From Oligoflexales bacterium (lineage in GTDB: Bacteria > Bdellovibrionota_B > Oligoflexia > Oligoflexales > CAIYRB01): 16,104 bases of DNA. Of this stretch, positions 1 to 8,844 are shown one piece after another. The translations under genes were made by a program, and so were the position numbers. The notes beneath the pieces are model-generated. The model worked only from the letters and a program-made list of their open reading frames with translations. It made no database searches and had not been told where the DNA came from. Positions within the stretch are counted from its first letter, which is position 1, and each line of letters begins with the position of its first letter. The stretch spans positions 1-16,104 of the forward strand of contig JBGSUI010000047.1 of the NCBI GenBank assembly GCA_041736175.1. Direction: 5' to 3'.

Positions 1-2
1 TG

Positions 3-128
3 AAAATGCTTCGATCCGCTATCGCGAAAATCAATGAGATGAAAATCATAGGAGATCAAGAACGAGTTTATAAATTTGAAATAGATGATAAAAAAGTCTC
101 AGAAAAAGAGAAAATTTATTCCAATTAG
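3..128 (+). CDS. 3' end of a probable CDS entering from the left edge (product unknown)
   Basis: Frame 3 is open from base 3 to TAG at 126-128 (KMLRSAIAKINEMKIIGDQERVYKFEIDDKKVSEKEKIYSN*). Its stop overlaps the convergent protease stop at 125-127. Too short to assign. Confidence 0.5.
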   Translation, partial: KMLRSAIAKINEMKIIGDQERVYKFEIDDKKVSEKEKIYSN

Positions 129-955
129 ACGAAAGTCATGACATAAAGGCTTGCATGAATGTCCGGATTCATCCCAATAAGGGTACCAATGAGCTCCCAT
201 CCATTTCTGGTGCGAACAAACAGGGGGCCACCGGAATCTCCAGGATCCGTTCGCGCCAACATTGCGATGGTCGGTCCACCTTCATCACCATAATGTTCGG
301 CATCAATGAGAATACTTGAGGCCAGACGAAGCTCACTCGAACTCGTTAGCCCAGTGCCCCAGCTATGACTAGCCCCGACTAAACTAAATGGGTAGCCTCG
401 ATTGGGAGCGTCTGGATTATCTTTAATGGTTTTAATGTCGGGGTTACTGATGTCTGGAAGCTTTGCCGGTTTAATATATCGTGGGTCCATGATGCCGTCG
501 ATGACCAGGGCAGCGAGGTCGTTAGGACCATCAATAGGAGCCTTGGAATTAATTGATTTCTTGCAGTTCGGAAACATAACCTTCTTAACTGGATAGGACA
601 GTTTGAGATCCCCATTTTTGTCCTGGTGTGCATAAACTCTAGCGGTTCGTGAAAAACTTATACAATGACGTGCTGTCAATACGATTTTAGGAGAAATGGC
701 AACACCGGTGCATCGAGGATGATCATTCCCAGAACCGTCCTGATAAACTACCGAAATAAGAACCGTGGCGCGGATTCGCGAATCATCAATAGAAAGGACA
801 TCCCCGTCCATGGCTAACTTGTAAGGTTGCGTAGGTTCATTCTTTTTGCGAACACAACTCGCCGTTAAAGCCCCAAAAAGGAGCGTTCCTACCAATGAAA
901 TAATCATGACCTTGGCAAGGAACAGTTTCGTTGATTGACTTTTAGTCTCATTCAT
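125..955 (-). CDS. Trypsin-like (S1 family) serine protease, probable lipoprotein
   Basis: Catalytic triad motifs CTGVAISPKIVLTARHC (His), NDLAAL (Asp) and GDSGGP (Ser). Hydrophobic N-terminus ends in lipobox-like LTASC. GAGAGG RBS at 965-970 on the minus strand. Confidence 0.92.
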   Translation of the reverse strand: MNETKSQSTKLFLAKVMIISLVGTLLFGALTASCVRKKNEPTQPYKLAMDGDVLSIDDSRIRATVLISVVYQDGSGNDHPRCTGVAISPKIVLTARHCISFSRTARVYAHQDKNGDLKLSYPVKKVMFPNCKKSINSKAPIDGPNDLAALVIDGIMDPRYIKPAKLPDISNPDIKTIKDNPDAPNRGYPFSLVGASHSWGTGLTSSSELRLASSILIDAEHYGDEGGPTIAMLARTDPGDSGGPLFVRTRNGWELIGTLIGMNPDIHASLYVMTFV

Positions 956-1251
956 TCGTCAAAACCTCTCAAAATTGGTAAACATTCATAATTTATTCGA
1001 TGCAAGATTTGATCCATGTTCACCTATAGATATATTGAGCATTTTTTTTGTAGATTTTTTTGGTGCAGATATAGCCAGTGTCAGGCGGAGGATTGTTTTT
1101 ACGGGTTCTAAACGAATAAAATTAAAATAGTTATAACAATTTTTTGCCAAATTAAAAGGAATGGCTAGCTAGCGAATACTACTCGTCAGGTCAAAGGGAA
1201 AGGTCATTTTCTACCGAATAGGTCTAGAAGATTTTTCGATTGACTTAGATA

Positions 1252-1257
1252 AAGGAG
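1252..1257 (+). promoter_or_regulatory. Ribosome-binding site (AAGGAG) of the GH5 gene
   Basis: AAGGAG 6 nt upstream of ATG at 1264, at the end of an AT-rich divergent intergenic region (956-1263). Confidence 0.8.
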
Positions 1258-1263
1258 TTTTCG

Positions 1264-2850
1264 ATGCGCTATCTTTTAGTGCCTATGGCCTGCATTTGGA
1301 TAGTTTTTCACACTGAATTGATCCTGACCCGATCAATTGCCCGTGACGGGGTGGCGTTTGCCAACTCTCCTGTGGCTCTCGGAACAAATCAAGAATTGGA
1401 TGGGACAAAGTCAAACTATGAAGGATTTGAAAACTTTATAACCCGTAAGGGTAGTAAACTTTTTGATGGTGATCAGGAATTTAGATTTTTGGGTTTCCTC
1501 GCACCGGAGTTACACCGTCTTGAAGACGATGCAAAAGGAAAATGCCCCTTTGATTCAAGGGAATGGGGACAATACTTTGATTGGCCATTACCCCAGGAAC
1601 AAGAAAACCATATCCGAGCCATGGTCCTCAGCGGCCTGACCGTCACCAGAATTTATACGTTATCTATCCAACAAAACGAAGACCACCTCTGTGGTCGAGA
1701 AACCCATGTGAGGCGACCTAAGACCAGGACGGAAATGCCCAGCTTAGACGAGGCCGCTATGGTGCGCTACGATCAAATGATCTATTTTGCCAATAAACAT
1801 CGCCTTAGAATCATCGCACCCTTTATCGACCAATGGGAATGGTGGGGAGGACGTAAACAGCTTGCGGCTTTTTATGGGGAGTCTGAAGATCAATTCTATA
1901 ATGTGAAGAGTCAAACTTATAAAGCGTATAAGCATATTATTAAACAAGTCATCACCCGAAAAAATACGGTGACGGGACGTTTTTACTTTGAAGAAAAATC
2001 TATTATGGGATGGGAAACAGGCAATGAACTCAAAGATTCTAACGCACGTTTTTTAAGGGAAACAGCTGCCTATATCCGCTCGTTGGCACCCCACCAGTTG
2101 ATCGTCGATGGGACCTATACTCGTATCAATTCTTTTGCGGTCGATAATCCCCATGTGGATATCATCTCGAATCACTTTTACGAAAACGCTAACAATCTTG
2201 ACGCCGCACAGGTCGCCCGCGACCTTAAAGCGATCCAGGGGAAAAAGGCATATATTGTGGGTGAATATGGGCTAGCAGAAATGAGTCTTTTAGAATCGAT
2301 CTCCCATGCCATCATCCATACGAGTATTGATGGGCATAGGGCAGCAGGTGGCTTGGTTTGGGGCCTTAGGGGCCGCAGGCATAACGGAGGGTTCTACTTC
2401 CATAGGGAAGGATCAACCTATCGCAGCTACCGTCTGCCGGGTTTTCCAGAAGGTGAGGACAACCAGGAAATGGCGGTGATTAGCATGGTCCGCCAAGGCC
2501 AGGCTGAACTCCTAGGCTTAAAGACTGTCCCATCCTTGCCTAGGCCGGACGCCCCTGTGCTCCTGCCGATCAAGGACGGGTATCTCATCAATTGGATGGG
2601 GTCTCCCGTAGGCCGTACCTACCGCATCGAAAAAGCACCTTCCCTTGCAGGACCTTGGCAAACCCTAGCCGAGGGTCTATCGGACGGTCAAGATGGCCAT
2701 GATCCTACGAAATCCTCGCTGTATGCTGATGAGTCGGCGAAGTCCTCCCCCGACAGCTTTTTTTACCGAGTCTATGCTGTCAATGAAAGCGGTGAATCGG
2801 AGCCATCGCAACCGATGTCTAACCAAGCTCTTAGATCTTTTTCCCCCTAA
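1264..2850 (+). CDS. Glycoside hydrolase family 5, endo-1,4-beta-mannanase-like, exported, with C-terminal FN3-like segment
   Basis: FITRKGSKLFDGDQEFRFLG start of the barrel, WETGNEL (acid/base Glu), IISNHFY, IVGEYG (nucleophile Glu) and GGLVW. C-terminal YRIEKA...FYRVYAVNESGESEPS is FN3-like. Hydrophobic N-terminus. Confidence 0.88.
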   Translation: MRYLLVPMACIWIVFHTELILTRSIARDGVAFANSPVALGTNQELDGTKSNYEGFENFITRKGSKLFDGDQEFRFLGFLAPELHRLEDDAKGKCPFDSREWGQYFDWPLPQEQENHIRAMVLSGLTVTRIYTLSIQQNEDHLCGRETHVRRPKTRTEMPSLDEAAMVRYDQMIYFANKHRLRIIAPFIDQWEWWGGRKQLAAFYGESEDQFYNVKSQTYKAYKHIIKQVITRKNTVTGRFYFEEKSIMGWETGNELKDSNARFLRETAAYIRSLAPHQLIVDGTYTRINSFAVDNPHVDIISNHFYENANNLDAAQVARDLKAIQGKKAYIVGEYGLAEMSLLESISHAIIHTSIDGHRAAGGLVWGLRGRRHNGGFYFHREGSTYRSYRLPGFPEGEDNQEMAVISMVRQGQAELLGLKTVPSLPRPDAPVLLPIKDGYLINWMGSPVGRTYRIEKAPSLAGPWQTLAEGLSDGQDGHDPTKSSLYADESAKSSPDSFFYRVYAVNESGESEPSQPMSNQALRSFSP

Positions 2851-2918
2851 CTCAAATGTTATAAATAGCTTTATATATATGTTTCCATAAAGCGAATTTT
2901 ATGGTAGCTTTAAGCGCA

Positions 2919-2936
2919 GTGGGGAAGTCTCCCCAC
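2919..2936. other. GC-rich intergenic hairpin (GTGGGGA-AGTC-TCCCCAC)
   Basis: Perfect 7-bp inverted repeat between the GH5 and cytochrome genes. A second hairpin CCATAAA-n6-TTTATGG lies at 2885-2904. No U-tract follows, so not called a terminator. Confidence 0.45.
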
Positions 2937-2985
2937 ATGCCCCCCTGCTAGAATCTTCCGTGTTCTCCCACCAAATGAGAAATCT

Positions 2986-4500
2986 GTGTATTTTAAACAA
3001 ATCTTATCCGTACTAAGTGTTTATGGCGCTACCGGTCTTTCCAGCTGCCAAAAGAGTCATGGAGGGGGACCGTCAGGCGCCGAACCTTTGAATGTACAGT
3101 CCCCAAATGCCCCCGTCCATCAACTAAACTTAGAGTCTCTAGGACCCGCAGCCCAGCAGGGATACAAGTTCCTGGTCAATGACAACTATATCGGCTGCGG
3201 AATTCCCATCCCCGTTATGCAGCGGGCTATGGATGCCAAAGTATTGATTCCTGGCCCTTTGATGCAGGCTTTTTTTCCCACAGCAGCTTCGGATGTGTTT
3301 ACAGCGAGCGGCATCCCAGGACGTAACCAAGAAAACGCCAAGATCGCTCCGAGTTTTAACGCTTTCACTACCGAGAGAGGTGTCCAAGCGATCAACTTTA
3401 ACTGCCTCTCCTGCCATGGGGATATCGTGGGAGACCAATTTGTAGTTGGTCTTGGCAACCGCACCCGGGACTTTACCCAGGATATCCGGGCGTTTTCTAA
3501 GATTCTTCCACTTTTCGCTCGGACCGATGCCGAGCGGGAAGAGGTGGCGATCTTTAACCGATCAATGGAAGCCATAGCTCCCTATGTTAAGACAAAAACA
3601 ATCGGTACCAACCCTGCCGTAAATCTGACTTATGCCTTGTTTGCCCATCGGCGGGTGGATGACTTCACATGGAGCGACGCACCGTTGCTGGCGCCTCCAG
3701 GGACGGAATTTCCCCCTGTGGATGTGCCGCCCTGGTGGAGGATGAAGTGGAAATCATCGATGTTCTATAACGGAGAATTTGTCTCGAACCATCACCGGGT
3801 GATGATGCTGGCTTCTGCTCTGTGTGTCAAAGACGATAAGGCGATCTTAGCCCAGGAGGCAAAGTTTAAAAATCTGGAGACTTTTATCAAATCTCTCGAA
3901 GCTCCCCGCTATCCACGGCCTATCAATGGCGAGCGGGCAAGCCGGGGACAGCGCCTTTACGCCCGGCACTGTGCCCAATGCCATGGAACCTATGGTGACC
4001 AAGGCAACACCGACTATAAGACTCCGTTGATCCCCATTGAAGTTGTAGACACGGACCCTGCTCTTATGGAGCAGCAAACAGGCCCGGTAGATAAGAGATT
4101 TCGAGAATGGGGAGACGCTTTTTCTCGTAATGTCTATGGTGAAGGGATGCAAACCCGAGAAAACCGCGGTTATATCGCTCCACCGCTCCACGGGATTTGG
4201 GCGACAGCACCCTACCTTCACAACGGATCAGTCCCGAGCCTGGAGGGAGTTTTAAACACTAGGGCCCGGCCAAAATTCTGGCAGAAGACCGTCTTTGATC
4301 CCAAGCAGGACTACGATATCGAAGGGATGTCTGTGCGCTTCCGGGAGTTGTCCCAAGGTCAAAATTCTGCTCTGCCTCTGACCAAACGGTACATCTATGA
4401 TACGACTCTCCCAGGATATGGAAACGGTGGTCACCGTTTTGGGGATCTGCTGCTCCAAGCCGAACGCAATGCGATCTTGGAGTACCTGAAAACTCTTTAA
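2986..4500 (+). CDS. Di-haem c-type cytochrome of the RoxA/MauG-like superfamily, probable lipoprotein
   Basis: Two CxxCH motifs (CLSCH 3403-3417, CAQCH 3970-3984), the signature APPLHGIWATAPYLHNGSVPSL and C-terminal GYGNGGHRFG...AILEYLKTL. Lipobox-like LSSC. GTG start, weak RBS. Confidence 0.87.
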   Translation: MYFKQILSVLSVYGATGLSSCQKSHGGGPSGAEPLNVQSPNAPVHQLNLESLGPAAQQGYKFLVNDNYIGCGIPIPVMQRAMDAKVLIPGPLMQAFFPTAASDVFTASGIPGRNQENAKIAPSFNAFTTERGVQAINFNCLSCHGDIVGDQFVVGLGNRTRDFTQDIRAFSKILPLFARTDAEREEVAIFNRSMEAIAPYVKTKTIGTNPAVNLTYALFAHRRVDDFTWSDAPLLAPPGTEFPPVDVPPWWRMKWKSSMFYNGEFVSNHHRVMMLASALCVKDDKAILAQEAKFKNLETFIKSLEAPRYPRPINGERASRGQRLYARHCAQCHGTYGDQGNTDYKTPLIPIEVVDTDPALMEQQTGPVDKRFREWGDAFSRNVYGEGMQTRENRGYIAPPLHGIWATAPYLHNGSVPSLEGVLNTRARPKFWQKTVFDPKQDYDIEGMSVRFRELSQGQNSALPLTKRYIYDTTLPGYGNGGHRFGDLLLQAERNAILEYLKTL

Positions 4501-4572
4501 ACAAAAAATAGCCATATTCTAGATTATTCCTGTGCCTATTGTAAAAATAAATAACTTAAATTTAGTTTTTAC

Positions 4573-5973
4573 CTACGGATCCATGCTCAAAACTTCGACC
4601 TGATCGGTAAATAAATAGCGGCCTTCTTTGATTAACATATCGCGCACAGAGGGCATCAGGACGATGTCCCGTTTGACAGTGATAAAAGGTGGGTTGCGCG
4701 TGGGAGAGTAGAGCTGAAAGTTGGTCGCAGGGTTTTGTTTGAGGCACTCGGCCACAGTCTCAGTGGCTCCTTTAATGTCACAGGCATAGTGCTGGGCGCT
4801 GCCGCGAAAGCGCATGGCATCGGGGTAAATCCCGGAGAGGGTTTTGCTAACCCCATCTGTGGTTTCTGGCCGGAGGGTACCGCGCTTTTTAAGGGACAAC
4901 ACCTGCTTGCCTTCTTGGATCCAGACCTCTCCAGACTCGTCTTGGCTTGCCTGCCAGGGTACCGAACTCAGCTGAAAATCGTGGGCTTTTTTGAGGATTT
5001 TAGCGACCGTCTGGCTACTAGTACCAGGAGGGAATGTGACGGAGAGTGCTCCGGGAGCCGACTCTACCTGTCCCCAGGAGGTCAACCACTGGCTTTGTGG
5101 AGCAGGGGCCTTAACCAAGGTTTGTTTGCTTGGGGCGTCTGTAAAGCGGACTAAGACTCCCTGAGTGGGGTTTTGTTTTAAATAACCATCGATCGAGCGT
5201 AGCCTGAGGGTCGCTCGTTCTTCGCCTTTGGAGAAATCCTTTGAAGGGACTAGGGGCGACTTTGCCGCGAGGGTCTGTTGACCCAAAGATTGGGATGGTG
5301 ATGCATCGGGTGACCCCCCTTCAGGCTGCCACTGCAACTTCATCTCCACGTCGACTCCTTGGCCATCGACTTGCCAGGCTTGGGGTGGAAGGGTGACCAC
5401 CTGGATATTTTTATGGGGCTGGCCGACGATCGTGCCCTTTGCTACAACCTGGGAAACCCCTGTTGATATTTTGGGGCGTGATTCCCACTGAATGGTAGGG
5501 ACTAAACCAGAGGGCGATTTAGAGGGATCCACCTGAGCTGACTCTGACCCAAGGCTTTCGAGTCTAAAGGCGACAGTAAAGGACTTCTTAGTCCCTTTAA
5601 ATCCTTCGGGGAGCCAAAAGGTTCGGGTGCGGTAGGCGTTGAAGAACCGGAGCGTGGGTCGTTTTTGGGTGGCCCCAAGTTTTTCGACGACCCCCAGGAT
5701 ATCTCCTGAACCTGAACTCGCTTCAGAAGGCACTCCAGCGTCGTCCTCCTCGATCTTTGGGGGCTGGCCTGGGGTGGCAGCGAACTTAGATTTTTCGTCG
5801 CCCAGGACTTTTTTCGGACCTTGCCGCTTGGCGGATTTAGGAGTCTTAACGACGGTGGTATTCTTCGAGCTTGCGATCACATATCCCAAAATCCCGCTGG
5901 TCACAACCAGCGAAGCCACGACCAGCAAAGCCATCGGGTTGGCTTTCAGTGATTTACTCCCAAAATCTTTCAT
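4573..5973 (-). CDS. Hypothetical protein with single N-terminal membrane anchor
   Basis: 466-codon ORF filling the gap between neighbours. Hydrophobic stretch ALLVVASLVVTSGILGYVIA followed by a Lys-rich and Pro/Ser-rich linker. No recognised domain. Confidence 0.75.
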   Translation of the reverse strand: MKDFGSKSLKANPMALLVVASLVVTSGILGYVIASSKNTTVVKTPKSAKRQGPKKVLGDEKSKFAATPGQPPKIEEDDAGVPSEASSGSGDILGVVEKLGATQKRPTLRFFNAYRTRTFWLPEGFKGTKKSFTVAFRLESLGSESAQVDPSKSPSGLVPTIQWESRPKISTGVSQVVAKGTIVGQPHKNIQVVTLPPQAWQVDGQGVDVEMKLQWQPEGGSPDASPSQSLGQQTLAAKSPLVPSKDFSKGEERATLRLRSIDGYLKQNPTQGVLVRFTDAPSKQTLVKAPAPQSQWLTSWGQVESAPGALSVTFPPGTSSQTVAKILKKAHDFQLSSVPWQASQDESGEVWIQEGKQVLSLKKRGTLRPETTDGVSKTLSGIYPDAMRFRGSAQHYACDIKGATETVAECLKQNPATNFQLYSPTRNPPFITVKRDIVLMPSVRDMLIKEGRYLFTDQVEVLSMDP

Positions 5974-6187
5974 GGGTCGTGCCTTATGGAAGGAGCTGTG
6001 TGGGAATGACTCTATTCATTGTCCATCTTTGATTGGATCACATCTAGAACCCATAAAGCAACTATCTCTATGTTTAGTCTCGGAGTCTAAGCTCATTTTT
6101 TTGTTGGCATAAACATTGCTTGTTTGCTTTTGCGGGATTTGATGTCCCCATCTTTAACCCACCATGATCCTTTAGAAATGGAACACG

Positions 6188-7699
6188 ATGAAAAGACAAA
6201 GAATAAAGACAGATCGCAACCGCTTCTTTCCGACCTTTAACCCCCGCCCCCGCATTCTCGGAACCATTTCGATGATCGTGCTCGGAGGGTGCATGAACAC
6301 CAACCGCCTGCAAGAAGGCAATGGTTATCAGGTGAATTCCGAAGTCGATAGTTTTACGCCACGAACCATGGATTTTGACCGCATCAAAAGTCAAAAAACA
6401 ATGGCAAAGATCGACGAAATTACCAATATTTATCTCAACGAAGCGATCGAGTGGGCCAACAGCCAAAAGCCTTGCTCAAGCCGCTGTTTTGCCTTAATCC
6501 TCTCCGAGACTTTGGCGGCATCGGGAAGCAAAGACTCCGTAAACAAAAAAATCGTCCAGATTCGGGACAACCAACCCTACCGTCGATGGGGTAGCATCCC
6601 CCAGTTTCCCGGGTGGCGAGGCTACCAAGGAGCTATCGAGCCACTGATCAGTAAGGGAGCGACCACAGACGGTCGTTACACTCTGAGCGAAGGAGTCCTT
6701 AGGCTTACTATGACTGAGAGTATTTTTAAGGGGATTGGCGTCAAAGATTCGCCTGGATCTTTTTTAGAGGTTGGGACTCTCGTGCCTTATGAGCTTGCCC
6801 CAGGGTCCACAGTCAGGGACCGTCCCTACACCGGGGGTGAGGCGCTTTTTATTGGATCGGATAAATTTGGTCATTTTCTAAGCACGGGGTACGAGTACCT
6901 CGAAGCCTACCTGGAAACCAAAGACGAAACCCTCGCGGCCAATCTCAGCCAAGAGGACGCGGAAAAGCGCGCTTTGTTTGCTACAGCGGTCCGTGGACTC
7001 ATCACCGAAGGGACGATTCTGGGTGGCTGGACTTCACGGGTTTTTTCCTATGGAGATCTTGCTGCGAATTTTGCTGGGTTCGAGTTTTTTAAGGCTGTGG
7101 TCGATGATAAATCTCCATACTTTGTTTATGACAAACAAGACAGTACTTGGAAAAAAGGTCCTAAGATTTTCCAATGGGCGGATTTTATCGAGCCCGCATG
7201 GGACGAAGGGATTAACTGCAGCTCATACCATCGATCCCTCACTGGAGACAATCATTTGCAGCAAAAACTCGTGGAAAACTATCTCAATTTGAGCGGCAAA
7301 GGCTATGGGGATATCTCCTGTCCGGTGCTCCCCAAAAGTTGTCAGGAATCAGCAAAAGCCTATGAAAAGTCCTTTGGTCCGACCTTAGCAGCCACTCTGA
7401 TCAGCCCCACTTGCCAGGAAATCGCTGGTGGCAAACCCAAACATAAAGTGACCCAAACCGATCTGGGTCGAGACAATTCCTATTACGACAGCATTGGGAT
7501 CTATTCGGGAGAGACTATCGTCGAAAAAGCCAAAGTTTGGTGTCGCACCGAAAGAGACCGTCTCGTAAAGGAACGGTGTGCGGCCTCACTCTCCCTTTAT
7601 GGGAGTCTGGAAAACTGTCTGGTTACGATGCCAAAAGTGACTTCGGAGAGGTTTCGCTGCGAGATGGACGCTCGGGACTTTGCCGGATGGATATTTTAA
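6188..7699 (+). CDS. Hypothetical lipoprotein with DKxxHF...DLxAN motif pair
   Basis: 503-codon ORF. Lipobox-like IVLGGC after a basic N-terminus. Motifs IGSDKFGHF and VFSYGDLAANFAG. Cys-rich C-terminal third. Confidence 0.8.
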   Translation: MKRQRIKTDRNRFFPTFNPRPRILGTISMIVLGGCMNTNRLQEGNGYQVNSEVDSFTPRTMDFDRIKSQKTMAKIDEITNIYLNEAIEWANSQKPCSSRCFALILSETLAASGSKDSVNKKIVQIRDNQPYRRWGSIPQFPGWRGYQGAIEPLISKGATTDGRYTLSEGVLRLTMTESIFKGIGVKDSPGSFLEVGTLVPYELAPGSTVRDRPYTGGEALFIGSDKFGHFLSTGYEYLEAYLETKDETLAANLSQEDAEKRALFATAVRGLITEGTILGGWTSRVFSYGDLAANFAGFEFFKAVVDDKSPYFVYDKQDSTWKKGPKIFQWADFIEPAWDEGINCSSYHRSLTGDNHLQQKLVENYLNLSGKGYGDISCPVLPKSCQESAKAYEKSFGPTLAATLISPTCQEIAGGKPKHKVTQTDLGRDNSYYDSIGIYSGETIVEKAKVWCRTERDRLVKERCAASLSLYGSLENCLVTMPKVTSERFRCEMDARDFAGWIF

Positions 7700-7701
7700 C
7701 T

Positions 7702-8844
7702 CTAATAGATTTCGATTCCAGATCCACCAGAGCCGCCGGAGTCAGGCTTTGAGGGTTTTGGCGAGGTTACTGGGCAGGTGGCACTGGCTAACTGTGCTTC
7801 AGTCACCAGCTTTTTCCATTCGTTTTCCCAGCCTTGGATATCGGGAAAGGTGCCTGGTGCCGGTCGTCCATACACTAAGAACTTGCAAATGATCTGCTGA
7901 TATCTGCTTGAGATTTTAAGATCGGTTGTAGGTGTTTGTTGTGGTTTTCGTCCCCAACTGCGGTTTTCTTGATACATTTGAGGACCCCATGTAGGGTTTA
8001 AAACGCTGATGATCTCAATCGAAGCTGGCAATTTGGGTTGGTATTCGGCGATAAAGCCTATAAACTCCCCACTTTTTGTAAACACAGGAGATCCTTTAGG
8101 CAAATCCTGTTCAGGAGAGAGTTTAGTCAAACTATAGAAAACCGGGTGCCCCGCGACGCTGGTGGTCATATCGATGGAGATTTCTAGGGTCTTCATTTGC
8201 TCTTTTCGCAGTGTTACATCATAGATTGGTGCGACCACATAGACTTTGTCTTCTACTTTTATGGGCTGAATCGCTACTTTCGAGGCTGTGGTGCATGCCA
8301 TATCTTGGGGTGAATAAGGATTTAGGGACACGCTGATGTCAAAAAGCTCGCCGTTATAAGCCCAGCCCTGGGGGTTCCACCTATAGAGGTCAAAAAGACG
8401 TAAGGCAAATTGGTTGAATCCAGCGTTGCTAAAATAGGTAAAATTCATGCCAAAATTGCGGCTGGCTTGGTCGCTATTTTGAAATTCGTAGTTGATTATT
8501 TTCTTATATATTTTGATGTTTTCGTCAGATTTATTGACTTTTAGATAGGCGACGTAGGTGTCGTCAAGCTGTTTATAGAGAATTAACTCCCAGGGTCGTT
8601 CAGGATGATAGGCTGCTTCAGGGTGGCTAGATTTTTGACATTTGATCACAACCTGGCGAAAGTAAGGAGGGCTCATGAGTTTTGCAGTGTTTGAAACGAC
8701 ATTGCCCGCCACAGAGCTCTCAGGTTGGGATGACCTCATACACCCCATGCCCATGAACGTGGTCAGGAGGTGCAGCCCAAGAGACAGGATCAGTGTGTAA
8801 GGAGGAGACTCGGGCAATTTTTTAGAGCTTGTTGAGGCATCCAT
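7702..8844 (-). CDS. Hypothetical protein, probable lipoprotein
   Basis: 380-codon ORF. Hydrophobic segment ends in GMGC. Overlaps the upstream gene by 23 bp, suggesting one operon. Exact start uncertain. Confidence 0.75.
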   Translation of the reverse strand: MDASTSSKKLPESPPYTLILSLGLHLLTTFMGMGCMRSSQPESSVAGNVVSNTAKLMSPPYFRQVVIKCQKSSHPEAAYHPERPWELILYKQLDDTYVAYLKVNKSDENIKIYKKIINYEFQNSDQASRNFGMNFTYFSNAGFNQFALRLFDLYRWNPQGWAYNGELFDISVSLNPYSPQDMACTTASKVAIQPIKVEDKVYVVAPIYDVTLRKEQMKTLEISIDMTTSVAGHPVFYSLTKLSPEQDLPKGSPVFTKSGEFIGFIAEYQPKLPASIEIISVLNPTWGPQMYQENRSWGRKPQQTPTTDLKISSRYQQIICKFLVYGRPAPGTFPDIQGWENEWKKLVTEAQLASATCPVTSPKPSKPDSGGSGGSGIEIY

